From Perkinsus olseni (lineage: Eukaryota), in assembly GCA_013115125.1 (NCBI GenBank), contig JABANN010000198.1, forward strand, positions 1-53,879: 53,879 nt of DNA, written 5' to 3'. A model generated the notes under the pieces. The model saw nothing but the letters and a program-made list of their open reading frames with translations. It was not told where the DNA came from and did not search any database. Made by a program: the position numbers and the translations under genes. Positions 21,142 to 34,557 of this stretch are shown here, piece after piece (the stretch's first letter is position 1; every line of letters starts with the position of its first letter).

Positions 21142-24100
21142 ATGTTTAAGTGGCTGTCATCATTCCGGGACTCCTTATGGTCGACGAGTCAATCCCGTGC
21201 AGCACTGGAGATACAACTGGAGTTTGGCGATAAGCGGACCGGTATCATTACGCGACGGTTGCCATTCTCTTGCGTGTTCATTTCCTTCTTGGTGATCAAC
21301 AGTGTGGGTAATATGTAGGTAAGCGTGGCCCTGTGCTGTCCTCGGGTATCATCCCAATAGACGAGAAGGAGATGGCCTACTCTCTCACACCTAGTGGTAA
21401 GTGTAATGGTAGAGAAGTCAGGGGCTGATCACTACGATTGGCATACTGAGTGGTGGTAGCCAGCCTCAGTCGGATATCGTCTTCAGTGCTCGAGGTCTAC
21501 TCATTGGACTCGGAGTTCAAGAAGGGAAAATTAGAGTATTCACATACACCTCGGGAGGGTAGTGATACTAACACGCTGCCCTAGTGATAGCATGCCTCGG
21601 TGTGTTCAGGGCAATCGTTCACGTGTGGTGCTCAAGGGCTTATAGCTGGTAATCCTGTGATCTACTTAGGCTGTCAAGAGCGGAATCTCATAGAGGTAGT
21701 CGGGCTGCTTGGTCCTCCTCGTGGATGTCCTGGCACGAGGACTGTCAGGTCTTTGCTCCGCAGCAGAAGACAGTTATACACACATACTTTACGGCACCAT
21801 CAGAGGCGCACTCGGAGGTCGGCGCTGAGGCCCTCCTTGATGGCATAACCTGCATGACTATCATGCCAGCTGGAGAGGATGAAGGCGTGGATCGAACAGC
21901 TGCTGTTGCTGGTACTCTACTAGTGCTGTACCCGGTTCTTGTGTAGAGATGCCTCAGGTTCAACCTCGGGGCTTGTATACGTGTTTAATTCTCTCGACAG
22001 CCCTGCCCCATCAGGAGTTGTCACTCTTACCCTCCCTAGTATTGGACAGGAGCAAGGTAGTAGGGTGTATGGTGAAGCAGCTGCTGCTGCTGTCGAAAAT
22101 CAGTTAATGACCCAACACGCGGCATTGTGAGCTTTCGGGGTTATCGTCAGACCCCTCTGGGAGGAAGTCGCCTCCCGCTGTTACGGCCATATGCTACCTC
22201 CACGATGAGTTCTGGGTTGGGCTAGAGAATGGCGAGATCATTGTCCTGGACAAGGAGTTCAACAAAGTGGCCAACCTCACGTGAGCCCGGCCAGGAGCAC
22301 ATCATTCCATGCCTCATCGCTGTGCTGTCCAGCTTGGCTGACGCCGCCGATGCTCTTGACTAGTTTCCGCTCAGCTGGCGGGAACTACAGAGTGTATTAG
22401 AGTCTGTATTAGCACTTCCTCTCCTTTCAGTTCACCATCCTCGGTACCCACTGGTGAGACTAATAACGACACGAGTGGAGGCAGCGGGCCACGGTCGTCG
22501 TCCCAAAGTGTTAGTAGTGGGAGCCACGACGCTATCACATGTATAAACTATTGTGATATGCTCGATGTGGTATTCACTCTAGCTGCTCATCATACTGTAG
22601 TATTATGGAAACGAGGAGATAGGACAGTGGAGCATGTGTAGGTTGCTGGGCTATTGATAACCTAGCTCATGTCCTAACACTAGTATCATTCCCTCTGGGA
22701 GTGGTATGCGCTGCGTGTCCGTCTTCGAGGGAGGCGCCGTTAAATCGTCGATCGTTGATTCTTTCACGAGTGCATTGTACTGTTAGAGGCTATTGGTGAG
22801 ATTTCTCAGGGCGTGTATGATCTCGTGATAACCTTGCGGGGGACACCCGTCGAGTCTGTGTTAGTTCAGAGAGTAGCGATGAGTCCATTTGGTATAACGT
22901 GATTTGAAGAGTATTCCCGCCGTTACACGTGGAGTATTCCCCGAACTCGTTTTAGGTATCCTACGTCGATCATGACGTGTGGCACGCCTCTATCGGCCTT
23001 CGCCGTGGTCCAATTGGATGTCAAAATGGAACTCCCGATCGCGAGGAACGGCCAGACGAAACCAGCAGCCTCTCAAGAGGACGAATCTGATGAGAGTAGT
23101 GAGGAGGCGACAACGACTGAACAGGGAGAGGGAGACCATGCTACCACGACACCGAAGAAGGGCAGTCACAAAAAGAAAGGAAAAAAGGTGAGGTACTCAG
23201 TTGGTAGTCCTTCCCTCGGCTATGTGATGGCCGTTGGGGCTTCTGCTCCACCTTATAGGAATAGTTCATGGTCGGTGGTCGATACGTTGTCATGTCGTGC
23301 GGGGAGTGAGGTGTGTCTTCTTCGCAGCATTCGAAGTCTTCGTCATCGCCGAGCGAGAGTGCCGAGGATACTTCATCCTCGGAACCCGCCCCCACGAGGG
23401 AGGTGGAGAAGCCTGTAGCGCTGATGGTCTTGGGCGGTACGGATGGTAGTATTGTACTGCGGCAGCTTGTGAGTAATAACAACGGGAGCGGGGATCGAAC
23501 CAGGGATCTCTGTTGTTCAATCATTATGTAGTTTGCTGGCTGCATCTATTGCAATTGTCAGGGCGGGCAGCGGACTCGAGGTTGCAAATCATCCTCCTTC
23601 GGCACTATGAATCCCTAGCCGACTTCCAACGGAGAGAAGATGATGAGAACTATGACGAGTATTTCCTCCTTCCTTCGCCGCCCGACCCCTCCTACTGTGT
23701 CTGTGTAGATACCTCTGTCCTTTGACCTCCTTGGTGTATGTACCATCGAAGAAGTGCATTCTAGTGGGTGATGCGGGATGCAGAGTTCACGGCTTCGGCC
23801 CGCTAGATGAGATCGTAAGCAGCGAGATGGATCATGGAGGATGATCGAGGAGGATCATCTGGCTTCCGTCACTTCTTTGGTCTATCAGGTTCTAGACTGT
23901 TCCAGTATGATACGATCAATGGTCGAGCATCAAGAGGATAGAGATGCTCTGCCTTTTGGACGACCGGATCTAGGTAGCGAACCACCTTCTAAACTCTCAG
24001 CTAGAGCTCAGTTTTTGTCGTTGACCGTATGAGTGGTAGGAGTAGGGTCCCGACCGGATAATAGTTGGCACGTTGGGTATAAAGCGTCGCCTTGTTTCTA

Positions 24101-24308
24101 GTTGCTTCGCCTGGTGGTGAGGCGCCGACGGACTCTGGCGGAGAATGTGTGAGTGAAATTGAACTGGACGACGAGTCGCCCAAGCGGGATGAGGCAAACG
24201 CGAGTCCGATGCCCCAAATAGATCGTAAGCTAGCCCACCCTTCTGGGCTTCGATGCCAGCCTCGCTGTGGATGTGATCCGTCTCTCAGAATTAGCGGACA
24301 AAGTCTGA
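21142..24308 (+). CDS. Hypothetical multi-exon protein, probable WD40/beta-propeller
   Basis: Chain of GT-AG exons from MFKWLSSF... Segments GSHDAITCINYCDMLDVVFTLAAHHTVVLWK, EFWVGLENGEIIVLD, VLGGTDGSIVL and DHLASVTSLVY resemble WD repeats. Ends QLADKV*. Confidence 0.5.
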
Positions 24309-24543
24309 GTGTATGCCGAGCATTAGTCGATATATAAGATTATTGGAAACCCTCAATGAGGGCGATATTCAATTCATCATCATCATCATCATCATCACTA
24401 TATTGGCAGCCCTGGAATCTCCACTGCACCCCATATGTCGTCGTAATATTTACCGCTCGTTGTTGTTACAAGTGTTGCTTGCGTCAATTGGGTCTCAACT
24501 GGGGAAGTGTCACATCCTCAGCTTTGTCCATTGTTAGTCAGTA

Positions 24544-25314
24544 ATGCTGAGGAATATTATGCAGCCCGAGGACATACCATCCCTGTTGGAGTTCTCGATC
24601 GATGTCAATGAGAGTGTGGCCCTCTGTGGGAAGGACACCGCTCCGCCGCCGCTGGCCTTGAGGGACAAAGAGAACGTCGACATGAACAACACGCTGGACA
24701 ATCATTCGGTGATGATCGCAGGGAACAGCATTGTTCGTACCATCTAATAGATTGCCATGCGGATAGGGGGTATCTGCCATTGTCAAACTGGTTATCAGAT
24801 CGGTAAGCCAGCAGCAGCAGCAAGCGTACTGTCTCCAACACCCCCGATGATGACGCCGCCGTCAAAGGGTTCAAGGCCACGTCCGAGAACAACGGAAGGG
24901 GGTGCTAGACAGAGGTGCCCCCACGATCTTGCGAAAACATACCTCCCCCGAGGCTCTGGTGGTATCCAGTTGGTCCTCAGGTCTGTAACGACGCGAAGTA
25001 ATGGGACTGGAAATCTCATGCCACCACTCACTAGTCGAAGTGCCATTCACGAGGATGTGCCGAGGAGTGAGAGGAGGATTCCCCCGAGACCGAAGAGCGT
25101 TGGAGGACAGGCCAAGCGAGGTACCAGTGGGCACGTCCGACTCTCTCGGTACTCGACCATAGCGGCTGCCTTGCTAACGGGGTACCCTTCTGAGCGGTCC
25201 GAAATTCCGCTCGATAGGTGTTGCGCTGCGCGGCGCAGTGCTTTGGGAGGGGTCTGGAAGATACCGTTCAAGACCCCCTGCGTTGTGCAACTCCATCGGT
25301 GTCGTTCTTGTTAA
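24544..25314 (+). CDS. Hypothetical Pro/Arg/Ser-rich protein (boundaries uncertain)
   Basis: ORFs 24544-24747 and 24757-25314 can be joined by a short intron. Low-complexity, no recognisable domain. Confidence 0.35.
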
Positions 25315-26030
25315 ATTTTCTTCCTACATTCAGACACGTTCTTATGGCCACCGCTAATTCGTGGTAAGGATAGGTTGGGTGCGGCTACCCACAAGCAGCG
25401 AAGTCTAATTCAGGCGCTCTATCACTTGCATGCTCGCTGTCGTAAATTCGGCGTTTTCGTTGCCGTGGAAAATCTGAGAAACCGAATGCTGAGGGCTTAT
25501 TGGCTCAGCCTCATAAGTCAATGATCATCGGGCTGCGTAGCTTGGTCTAGGTGAGCTATACAACGTTCGGGCTAGTCTCCTTTATTGCTCCGTAAACTTG
25601 AAAAGTTCCAATACCCAACCGGCACATGGTGGCATAGCGATAAGAGATAAGGTTGGGCGCATTCACTTCTGAGTTTGAGTAACTGGATTCAAGTTGTTGC
25701 ACCCTGGAGGTGGACCTGGGTCAAGTCTGTAGAACGAGTCCTGTCTGTCTCTGCTTCCGCCTCTCGCCTCGTGTGGGCGGTAGTGCGACACTGAAGGGTT
25801 GGAATTAACGTCGTGTTGTGGGGTGTGTGTGCAGGGAATTTCACTTTCCAACCCCTCTTTCTTTAATCGAGTGCAATTTCGAGTGTCACGCTATTCTCCA
25901 ACGTTTCTCCCCTTCCTGCTTAGCGCCTACCAACATCGGCACGTCTAATAGGAACTGTGACATCTCCTTACTGTCCAGCTATCGGGTAAACCACAGTTCG
26001 AGTGCGTGGTGGTGAGCTCCTATACAGCAG

Positions 26031-29000
26031 GTCCCTTCACCGTGTAATTCCTCGGCTATCAGTGGCGATTCGAGGATCATCACCTCGACTGCACCAACGC
26101 TCTCAGCTCGCCCTTCAACTATGCGACCGACGATAAGCGACTTGGCGCAGAAAGGTAAGTCAAAACGAAAGTGGATCGCCAATTCCGGACTTTCAATGTG
26201 GCACAGTACCCGCTAAGCTCTACAGAAGCTCATCAGTGCTGTAGAGCCGGTTTGAGGAGGCCCTAGTCTGCTATATAACCTCTGGGGGCCCTCAATGAGA
26301 TGGAACCGCTCTGGAGCTACAGTACTGTATCAGCATTATTCGCCTGCTGTTCCAGGTCACGAGGTGTGTACGTGTGGTGCCAGTAAGATATGGGAGAGAA
26401 TCAGAGCACGCCACGTAGCTGAGCTCCAAGAGGCTAAGTGAGCTTATCAACACCGAGCCTCGTACGATTCCCAGGGCTTCTCAACTATTGCACACGCGAA
26501 AGCCCGTGTTACCGATTTTTCAAGGTTTCGCTCTCTACGATTTGGCATAGCCTTGCTGTTCTCAGGAAAGTGAAGCAGTCTGCTGCAAAGATTCGCGAAG
26601 AGGCACGCGCCCTGGAACGGGAGAAGTTACTCTTCGAGGTACTTTCGGAAGACGCTGCAATTGAGGAATTCAGACTGGCCTACCTGGCAGGAACAAATGC
26701 AGCACTTCAAGTGCAGTAGGGAGGACTTGCAGAAGCAGAAACAAAGAGTACAAGAGATGTGGGAAGATGTGAGGCCGGGGAGAATCCAGCGCGGGTAGTC
26801 TTGCACGCTCTTCTTTCTACCGAGTTCTAAACCTACTAAATATGAGCTCGGATCGTCACGATGGGGCCTGTCAGACGAAGAGAATGCAAGAACGTGAAGG
26901 GTCCTTCAAGAGCCGAGTGGCCGAGCTGGAAACACAGGTGACGCGCCTGCTAGAAGAGAAGAAAGGATTACAGCAGGAGGTTGAAGATCTGCGGTGTGCA
27001 TCAGCTGAACAACAGGCGGCCTTTTAACATGGAACCCAACTCCGTCCCTCAGGATGGATGGTGAGGTTCTCCGAGCCGACGTAGAACAGAGCAACGCGGA
27101 AGCCGCGAAGTGGAAAAAGCAAGTCGACATATTGGAAGAACAGGCCTGTGTAGTCTATGCCCCCTCCTACCCCACCTTCTGTGAAGACTTCATCGAGGGT
27201 TACTCATCATCACATCTGACAGTGTGCGTGATGATGGTATCTCAGTGTGCACATTTCCGAACAAAGCAGGACTGCATCTTTTCTGACAAATCTATTGCGC
27301 TATAGAGCATATCCGTTGGATCAGGATTGCGCTGCTCAACTCTCGGCGGTGGAGGTGCAGCAGAAAGCGTTGAAGGCTCAGGAAGCTAAGTGGATAGCAG
27401 ATCTCAAGGCCAATAAGGTACGAAAGAAGTTATAGAATTTTCGTTTCGCTCGGCCAGAGGGCTCGCCTTCTCAGGAGGAGGTGAAAAAGGCCGAAGCCGC
27501 TGTGGAAGATGCAACCAAGCGACTAAATGAGCAAGCCACTGCATTGAGGCAGGGAGAGGAGAAGCTGGCGTAACGCGCGGAATATGGGTTTTTTTGGTGG
27601 CTTCGCTGATATCCGCGCTTTATCAGGCTCGCAAAAGAGGAACTGGCTTTGGAACGAAAGGTGCTCGCACAAGAGGGAGAGGCTTGCGAGCTCGAACATC
27701 AGCGAGCCCGATCCGCTTTGGAAGACGTGGAAGCCAAGAAGGTGATAAAATCACTCCGCGGAAAAGCCTTCGTCGGCGGCTCTTGAGTTAGCTCTGGTCA
27801 CAGTGGATGGAATCTTGTTAGGAGGAACTGAGGAGGCTTGAAGCAACTGTCAAGGATGCGATGGAGCAACAGAGTAATCGAGCCAACGAGCTGGAGAGCA
27901 AGGAGGCGGCACTCGCGTAAGGAGGCGGAAGGGCTTGCCCTTTCAGCAGCGGTGGATTCAGTACTTAAGTACTGAAAATTGATCTTTCTTCGTGATCACA
28001 TTTTCAAGGTGACATTGCTGTAGCGGAATTGAAGGTGTCATGAGCGAGCGGTCATGTGTGATGTACTTTTTTAAGGGACGAGAAGGAGCTGCTTACAGAG
28101 GAGAGAAGGATGCTCGATGAGGCCAACGAGGCCAATCGTCATGAACTTTCAAGGATACAGTGCCTTTTGGAGGAAGTCGAAGTCAAGAGAGTGAGCATGC
28201 TTCCTAGTAGCCTCCTCGAAGGATGATCTATCCTGAACGTCTCTCAGGAGGAAATCGAAAATTCGGAAGCAGCTGTCGAGGAGGCCACCAAGCGGTTGAA
28301 GGATGAATCCAGCGAACTGGAGCGCGCAAAAGCGGCTTTAGCGTATTTGTTTTCATTTGTCACGACCTGAAGCGGCCATGGAATTCTTTCAGAGAGACGA
28401 GAGAGGAACTTGCCTCGGAGAGGAGAACGCTAACTGTAGAAAGAGAGGCGAACGATCGTGAATATGCGGAGAGGAAGGCTGTCTTTTCAAGTATCGAAGC
28501 TAGGGAGGTGAGCAAATAGAGCGCTCCCGTGGCGGTTCCTTCTCGCTGGCTGATGTGAGAGCTGCTGTACGCCTTGTTCTGCCCAGAAAAAGGTCAAGAT
28601 CGCAGAAACGGCTCTGGAGGACGAGACGAATCGAGTCAACGACCAAGCCACCGCGGTAGCACGCAGAGAGGCGGCACTGATGTAATTCAAGACCCGCTCT
28701 AAGAGACTCGTCCCATGCGGAGCATTTGGGCCTGTCAGCGATGCTGAGGCGAATCTGGTATCGGAGAGAGCAGCTCTGAGTGAGCAGAGGCAGGTCATTG
28801 AGCGTGAGCAAGCAGAGCTTCGGTCCCTGATGAAAGATGTAGAAGCAGAAAGGGTGAGAAAGCTGCCCGATACCCTTTCCAACTAGAAAAAGTCGCGCTT
28901 TTCCTCGGCTGTTCAGGAGAAAGTTGCCGCCGAAGGAGCCGCTGCTGAGGAAGCCTCGAAGCGGCTCGATGAGCGAGCTGCCGAGTTGGAGCGGCAGGAA

Positions 29001-32000
29001 GCAGTCTTAGCGTAATGTTTTCTTCGTGTTCTTGAATAGTGAGATCTGCGCTTCACTAGTAGCACGATTGGCTGAGCTCAGTGAGGGCAGCGTGAGCGGC
29101 GACCGTGGACGGCATTCTTGTTCAGGACCGCGAACGAAGAACTGGTTTTGGAGAAGAGCACGCTCAACACACAGCGTGAGGCCAATGAGCGTGAATACTC
29201 GAGAGCACAGTCAATTTTGGACGAGGTCGAAGCCAAGAAAGTGAGCAACATTCGAATCTTTTAGCGCGCTGTAGCCCCTCGACTGTCTCAATCGACTGTC
29301 TGTAGAGCGAAATCGAGAAGTCTGAAGCGGCTCTTGAAGAAGCTACTGAGCGGCTGAATACCCGACGGAACGAGCTGGAGCGTAGAGAGACGGCTCTGCT
29401 GTAGGGGCAATGAGTTGTCGAGCTGATGTCGGTAACATGCAGTGGAACGCTCTTAGTGAGGCGAACAGGGAGCTGGATTCTGAGAGAAAAGATCTTCGTG
29501 ATGCGAGAGACGCTAGCGAACGTGAACGCGCGAGGCAACAGGCAATACTAGAAGACATGGAAGCCAGGAAAGTGAGAGGAGCTCACTGCTGACTACATCT
29601 TCGCGGCGGCATTCCGATGGGGTTCCAACGTGCTCGTCTTCGTTCAGGGAGCGATGGAAAAAGCTGAGGCAAACCTTGACGAAGTGAGGAAGCAGTTGGA
29701 TGAAGAAGCTGCTGCCCTTGGACGCGAAAAGGCGGTGTTAGCGTAATGCAGTTCAAGTGTAGCGCTCCATCTTGTCGTTCGCTTGCGCAATCACGGCGAT
29801 CTCTACTGCTGTCTCCTTAGGAACGCGAACGAGGAGCTAGCATTAGAGAGAAGTAGGCTTGCGGACGAGAGTGGGACAAATAAACGCGAGTACTCCATCA
29901 ACCAGTCCATGCTGGAGAATGTCAACTCCAACAAGGTGAGGGCGATGTTTATTTGTGGAGAACCGCCCATTCGGGTTGCCCGCGTCCGTCGGCCAATGGG
30001 AGCGTGATCGTCGCTTAGGAAGAGGTCAAGAGGGCGGAAGCGGCCGTCGAAAAAGCACAGGAGCGGTTGAATGAACAAGCTGCCGAGCTTCAACGCAGAG
30101 AGGCGGCACTTGCGTGATTCAAGGGAACGGGACTCTTGAATTGATGAACTACTCATCTTGTATTAGTGGCGCTGAAGAGAACCTGGCCTCGGAGAGACGG
30201 ATCCTGAGCCAGGAGCGACAAGCAAACGAGCGAGACCGTGCGGAAATCCAGTCACTTCTTGAGAGTTCGGCAGCCAAGATGGTGAGCACGCGGTTAATCA
30301 TGTCGTGAGCTCTCATAGTGGTATGTGGAGAGGCCTTCGCAAGTTTAGCCCGCCTCAGGAGGAAGCTGAAGGGGCAAGACTGGCCGTTGAAGAAGTTACC
30401 AAGCGGCACGAAGAACGGGCAGTTGACCTGGAGGAAAGGGAGGCTGCGCTGAGGTAATGTGAGATGCATATGCCTGCAGAACAGCGGAGCTTGAGCAGTG
30501 AGAGCTAGTAGCGATTCATCGCAGACGATTTTTCTCCCCTCAGCGAAGCTAGCAGGGCACTAGCATTGGAGAGGGAGAAACTTTCTGAAGTGGCTGAGGA
30601 GAACAAACGCGAGTATTCGAGTGTTCAGGCCTTTAAGGAAAGCATTGAAATCGAGAAGGTGGGCTAGCTTCTTTCTGCAACTGCTTTCAGTCTCGCCTCC
30701 TCTTCGTTTACTGGCATTTTTGGTCTTTTGTTGCAGAAGGAAGTCGCCGAATCAAGAGCGAGCCTGGAGGAGGCTACCAGAAGGTTGAATGACCGATCCG
30801 ACGAGCTGAATCGCAGAGAGGCGTCACTAGTGTAGTCTGGTGGTGACTGGTTGTTGAGCTGCAACTTGTGAGGCTTGGTGGTTGACCTCAGTGAGGCGAA
30901 GGAGGAATCGAAGTCGGAAAGGAGAAACCTCGATGAGCAGAGGGAGGCCAATGAGCTTGAGCGTGCACAGAACCAGTCAATAATGGCGGAGATCGAAGCT
31001 AGAAGGGTGAGCATGGTGTGAAAACGTCTCAGAGGTTTGTTGTTTTGCTGACTGTTTGACAAGCTATTTGTAGCCGGGCAATGCGTAGGCACAAGCCGAG
31101 AAAGAGGAGGCTGAGCTTAATGAAGCCAGGGTTCGGCTGAATGAGCGGGCAACCGAGTTGGAGCGCAAAGAGGCAGCGCTGGCGTAAGGCGGTGGTGGTG
31201 TGAATGATATTCGAGTCGCTACCCTTGTGTATACTCGGCCCGCCATAGACGACGGCCGCAAGTGATGTGTCTCAGAGAGGCAAACGAGGAGCTGACGTTA
31301 GCGAGGGAGAAGCTCAATGAAGAAGGTGATGCCATGAAACGTGAGCACTCGGTGAACCAGTCCATCCTGGAGAACATCGACGCCCAGAAGGTGAGGACGC
31401 CGCCGCGCACCATAGCGAGCCCTGTTTATCCGCACTGGCTCATCCGGGGCTTGCCGAAGTTCAACTGTGGTTTAGGAAGACCTTCTGAGAGCCGAGAGTG
31501 CAGTTGAAAAAGCACGCGAGCGAGTGGATGAACGAGAAGTTGATCTTGTCCGAAAAGAGGCGGATCTTGCGTAATGCGGTCATAGAGCGTCTGAATCGAG
31601 ACGGGTTACACTTTATCAGTGAAGCCCAGGAAAAGCTTGCTTTGGAGAGGAGAACTTTCGGAGAGGAGAAGGAAGCAAACGAACGTGAATATTTGAAGAA
31701 TCAGTCAGTTTTGGAGAGCATCGACGCGCAGAAAGTATGTTAAATTGTTGCTGTCCAGTGGACCTTTAGAGAGCGGTTGAGGAGTGATCTTCTCTCAGGA
31801 GAAAGTCAAGAAATTAGAACTGGCCGTGGAGGAAGCCACCCAACGGTTGACTGAGCAATCTTGCGAGCTAGAACGCAGGGAGGCGGCGATAGTGTAATGA
31901 GCGGCTTACTTCTCACAACTCCGCATGGCTGATCGGCAGTAGTGTTCTGGCAGGGAGGCAAACAAGGAATTGAGTATACAGAGGAAAGCGCTCGATGAAG

Positions 32001-32871
32001 AGAAAGAAGCGAACGAGCGTGAGTATGCTGGAATGCAGTCCATTTTGGAAGAGGTCGAAGCCAGGAAGGTGATCTCGGTCGATTTTCATGTTCTCTCAAA
32101 CTCTGTCTAGGAGGAGATTGCAAATGCAGCTGCAGCGGCTGAGGAAGCAACGAGGCGAGTGGATGAGAGAGCTGCCACGCTGGACCGCAGGGAAGCTGAG
32201 CTAGTGTATAGTGAGGGGCAAAAGGCGAGCTCGTGGCTTCTCACAATTGAACAGAGGAAGTTCGGAGGGGCCCAAACTCGGCAGCAATTTCTCGTGAATC
32301 GAATTGCGCGTTCATCTGAGTTGTTGACTCTGTGCAGGTCAGAGGAAGCCAGAACTTCACCCATTAAGGCAGTCTCTCATGATGAAGATTCGCCTGAATC
32401 CTGGGATGATGCTAGAAGTGAGGATGAGGTAAGTACTCGGCCCTGAGGAGAGAGCAGAACATCTTCTTAAGCGAGAGTTAGGGATCGAGTTTCTCTTATG
32501 CTTGCATTCATTAGGGCGACCTTGACCTCCGCGAAGCTATCTGGTCCCATAAGATGGAAGTGCTTGAGCGGGAGCGGGCGAAGCTTGATGAAGAGAAAGA
32601 ACGGTTCGCTAGGCAGATGGAGCTGGAGAACGAAAATCTGAAGTGGGTTCTTGGACGCTATGGGACAGCTATCTGACACTGCTAGGGAGCGGCGCACCAG
32701 GGTAATTCAGAGAGAGAAGAAATTGGAGGCACAGAAGAAGGCGATCGAACCTGTGAGTTTAAGCGATGATGAAAGAAACGGTTCTGTTTGCTCGCTACTA
32801 CCGACATCATTCAGGAACTTCGCAAGCATCTTACCCACAGCAAGCACCCCAGCCTGGCTCCAACACCTTGA
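26031..32871 (+). CDS. Long coiled-coil repeat protein built from tandem exon pairs (5' end uncertain)
   Basis: More than 30 short E/R/K/A/L-rich exons. From 27475 to 32205, 95-nt and 115-nt exons alternate (e.g. 27627-27741 and 27822-27916). Last exon ELRKHLTHSKHPSLAPTP* ends at 32871. Confidence 0.85.
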
Positions 32872-33203
32872 ATTAACCTCGAAAATGAGGTTCATCCATG
32901 CATCCTAGAATGAAGCCGTACAGTGAATTACAGGAATTGTTTTCCAGTTCGTCCACGTGTTGACTTTCTGTCCCGGGCGCTGGAAAAGAGGGAATAGCAG
33001 TCGGTTGCAATGCTCACGTGCCACTTGCCGTGTAGCCTGACTTCCGAGGAGGGGCGTTAAGAACTCAGGTTGGCAGGATTCCTGCCAAGTCCAGGAAGTT
33101 CCTGCCGCAGGAACTAAGGAACGAACCTGTCGAGCATAAGAAAGACGGGATTCATTGTAGTTGTTGCGGCACACATTAGTTGCTAAGAGGAAGTGAGGCA
33201 TAC

Positions 33204-33252
33204 CACCCATGAGTCCTACAAACGCACCCATGAGTCCTACAAACGCACCCAT
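33204..33252. repeat. 21-bp direct tandem duplication CACCCATGAGTCCTACAAACG x2.3
   Basis: Read directly from the sequence. Confidence 0.9.
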
Positions 33253-34535
33253 TACTCATCTTGACTGCCTCCCAGAGTATCTCGAAAGCGTATTGAATTC
33301 GCAAGCTTTTGTAAGCTCGATACTGACGAAGGATATCACCGAATTCAAAACGCGCAACCTCGATTCATTACTGGAAAGCCACGAGCGTAGGGACTCTCCT
33401 TTGGGGTGCTCACAAGCGAAATCTTCGGACTGACCAGGGTTGTAAACCTTGCGTTAGTTCCGTGTTGCCCTTTCTCTTAGCCGTCACGCATAGAAATCTG
33501 TCGGGTGAAGAGCATTGAGGCTACGCGGACCCTGTGGGAGAGACATGTCGGTGAAGCTAGGGATGCATGGTTTCGAGTCCCGTAAGAAACTTGCACCCCT
33601 GAGAAGTGAATGATCGTCATATTAGAAGATTCCCGAAGCTCACCTAATTTGTATCCTGAAAGCTGAAACTGACGACGCATCTACTATGCCCAGAGGCACT
33701 AGGCCAGAGCAATCTTTAGGTCGAGCATGCAGGATTTGAAGCCGCTCAGGTCAAGGTCGCGCGGCCATTAACATCACACTCGTCGAAGAGAATCTCAGCT
33801 CGCACATTAATGCACGTGTTAACGCACCCAAGTCCCAACTAAGGGACACTACGCTAACACAAATGCTCGTTGTACCGCCACAAAAGGGCGGCTGCGTACC
33901 ACCCCATATGGAAGGAAGTCGGCTTGCTAGATCAGCGCCGTACATGTGGACGTCAAGCTGGTTGGCCGCATCTCATACCCTCAACATGATGAAGTGTTCT
34001 CGTGCGATCTTGTATTCAGCGATGAGGTCTCCTCGTGGTCGGGAGTTGAAGGAAGCATGACACCTGAACAAAGTGCACAGTTCATAAAAACCTCGCTAGC
34101 TCGTCCATTCCGGCTTGGTATATCCCTTGCTATCTGCAGTCGATAATGGAGTCTCTGAGCAGGCTCCATATTGAATCCTCGGCCATGTCGGGTAGCTAGT
34201 AGTCTTCGACTATGGCTGCGATGATTACGCCTTGCATACGCGCTGGAAGAGGGACGACAAAATAGGAGATGAGTAATGCAAAAGAAAGTTGACCGAAGCG
34301 AGTCTGAGTCTTTCTGCGGTGAGCGTGATCACCCGCGGGTATATGAGCCTCGGCCTGAGCTGTTTCGAATCTTGCATGCGCGACCTAAAGATACTTCTGC
34401 ACGCATATCTTAGAGTTGAGCATGCAAGATACGGAACAGGTCAGGTAAGAGCATGTGAGCCTATTCATGGAAACTCTAAATTCAGCAGTGCTCGACTCTC
34501 ATGAATCTCGGTTTCCATTAATTCTAGACTTAGTT

Positions 34536-34557
34536 GTTATGGTCCATAACTTATGGA
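34536..34557. repeat. 22-bp palindromic scar, S=GTTATGGA
   Basis: GTTATGG TCCATAAC TTATGGA, perfect, intergenic. Confidence 0.9.

Noticed and set aside
33700-34230. Possible small spliced plus-strand gene (..PPQKGGC|ISAVHVDVKLVGR..)
   Set aside because: No start codon or recognisable domain could be established.
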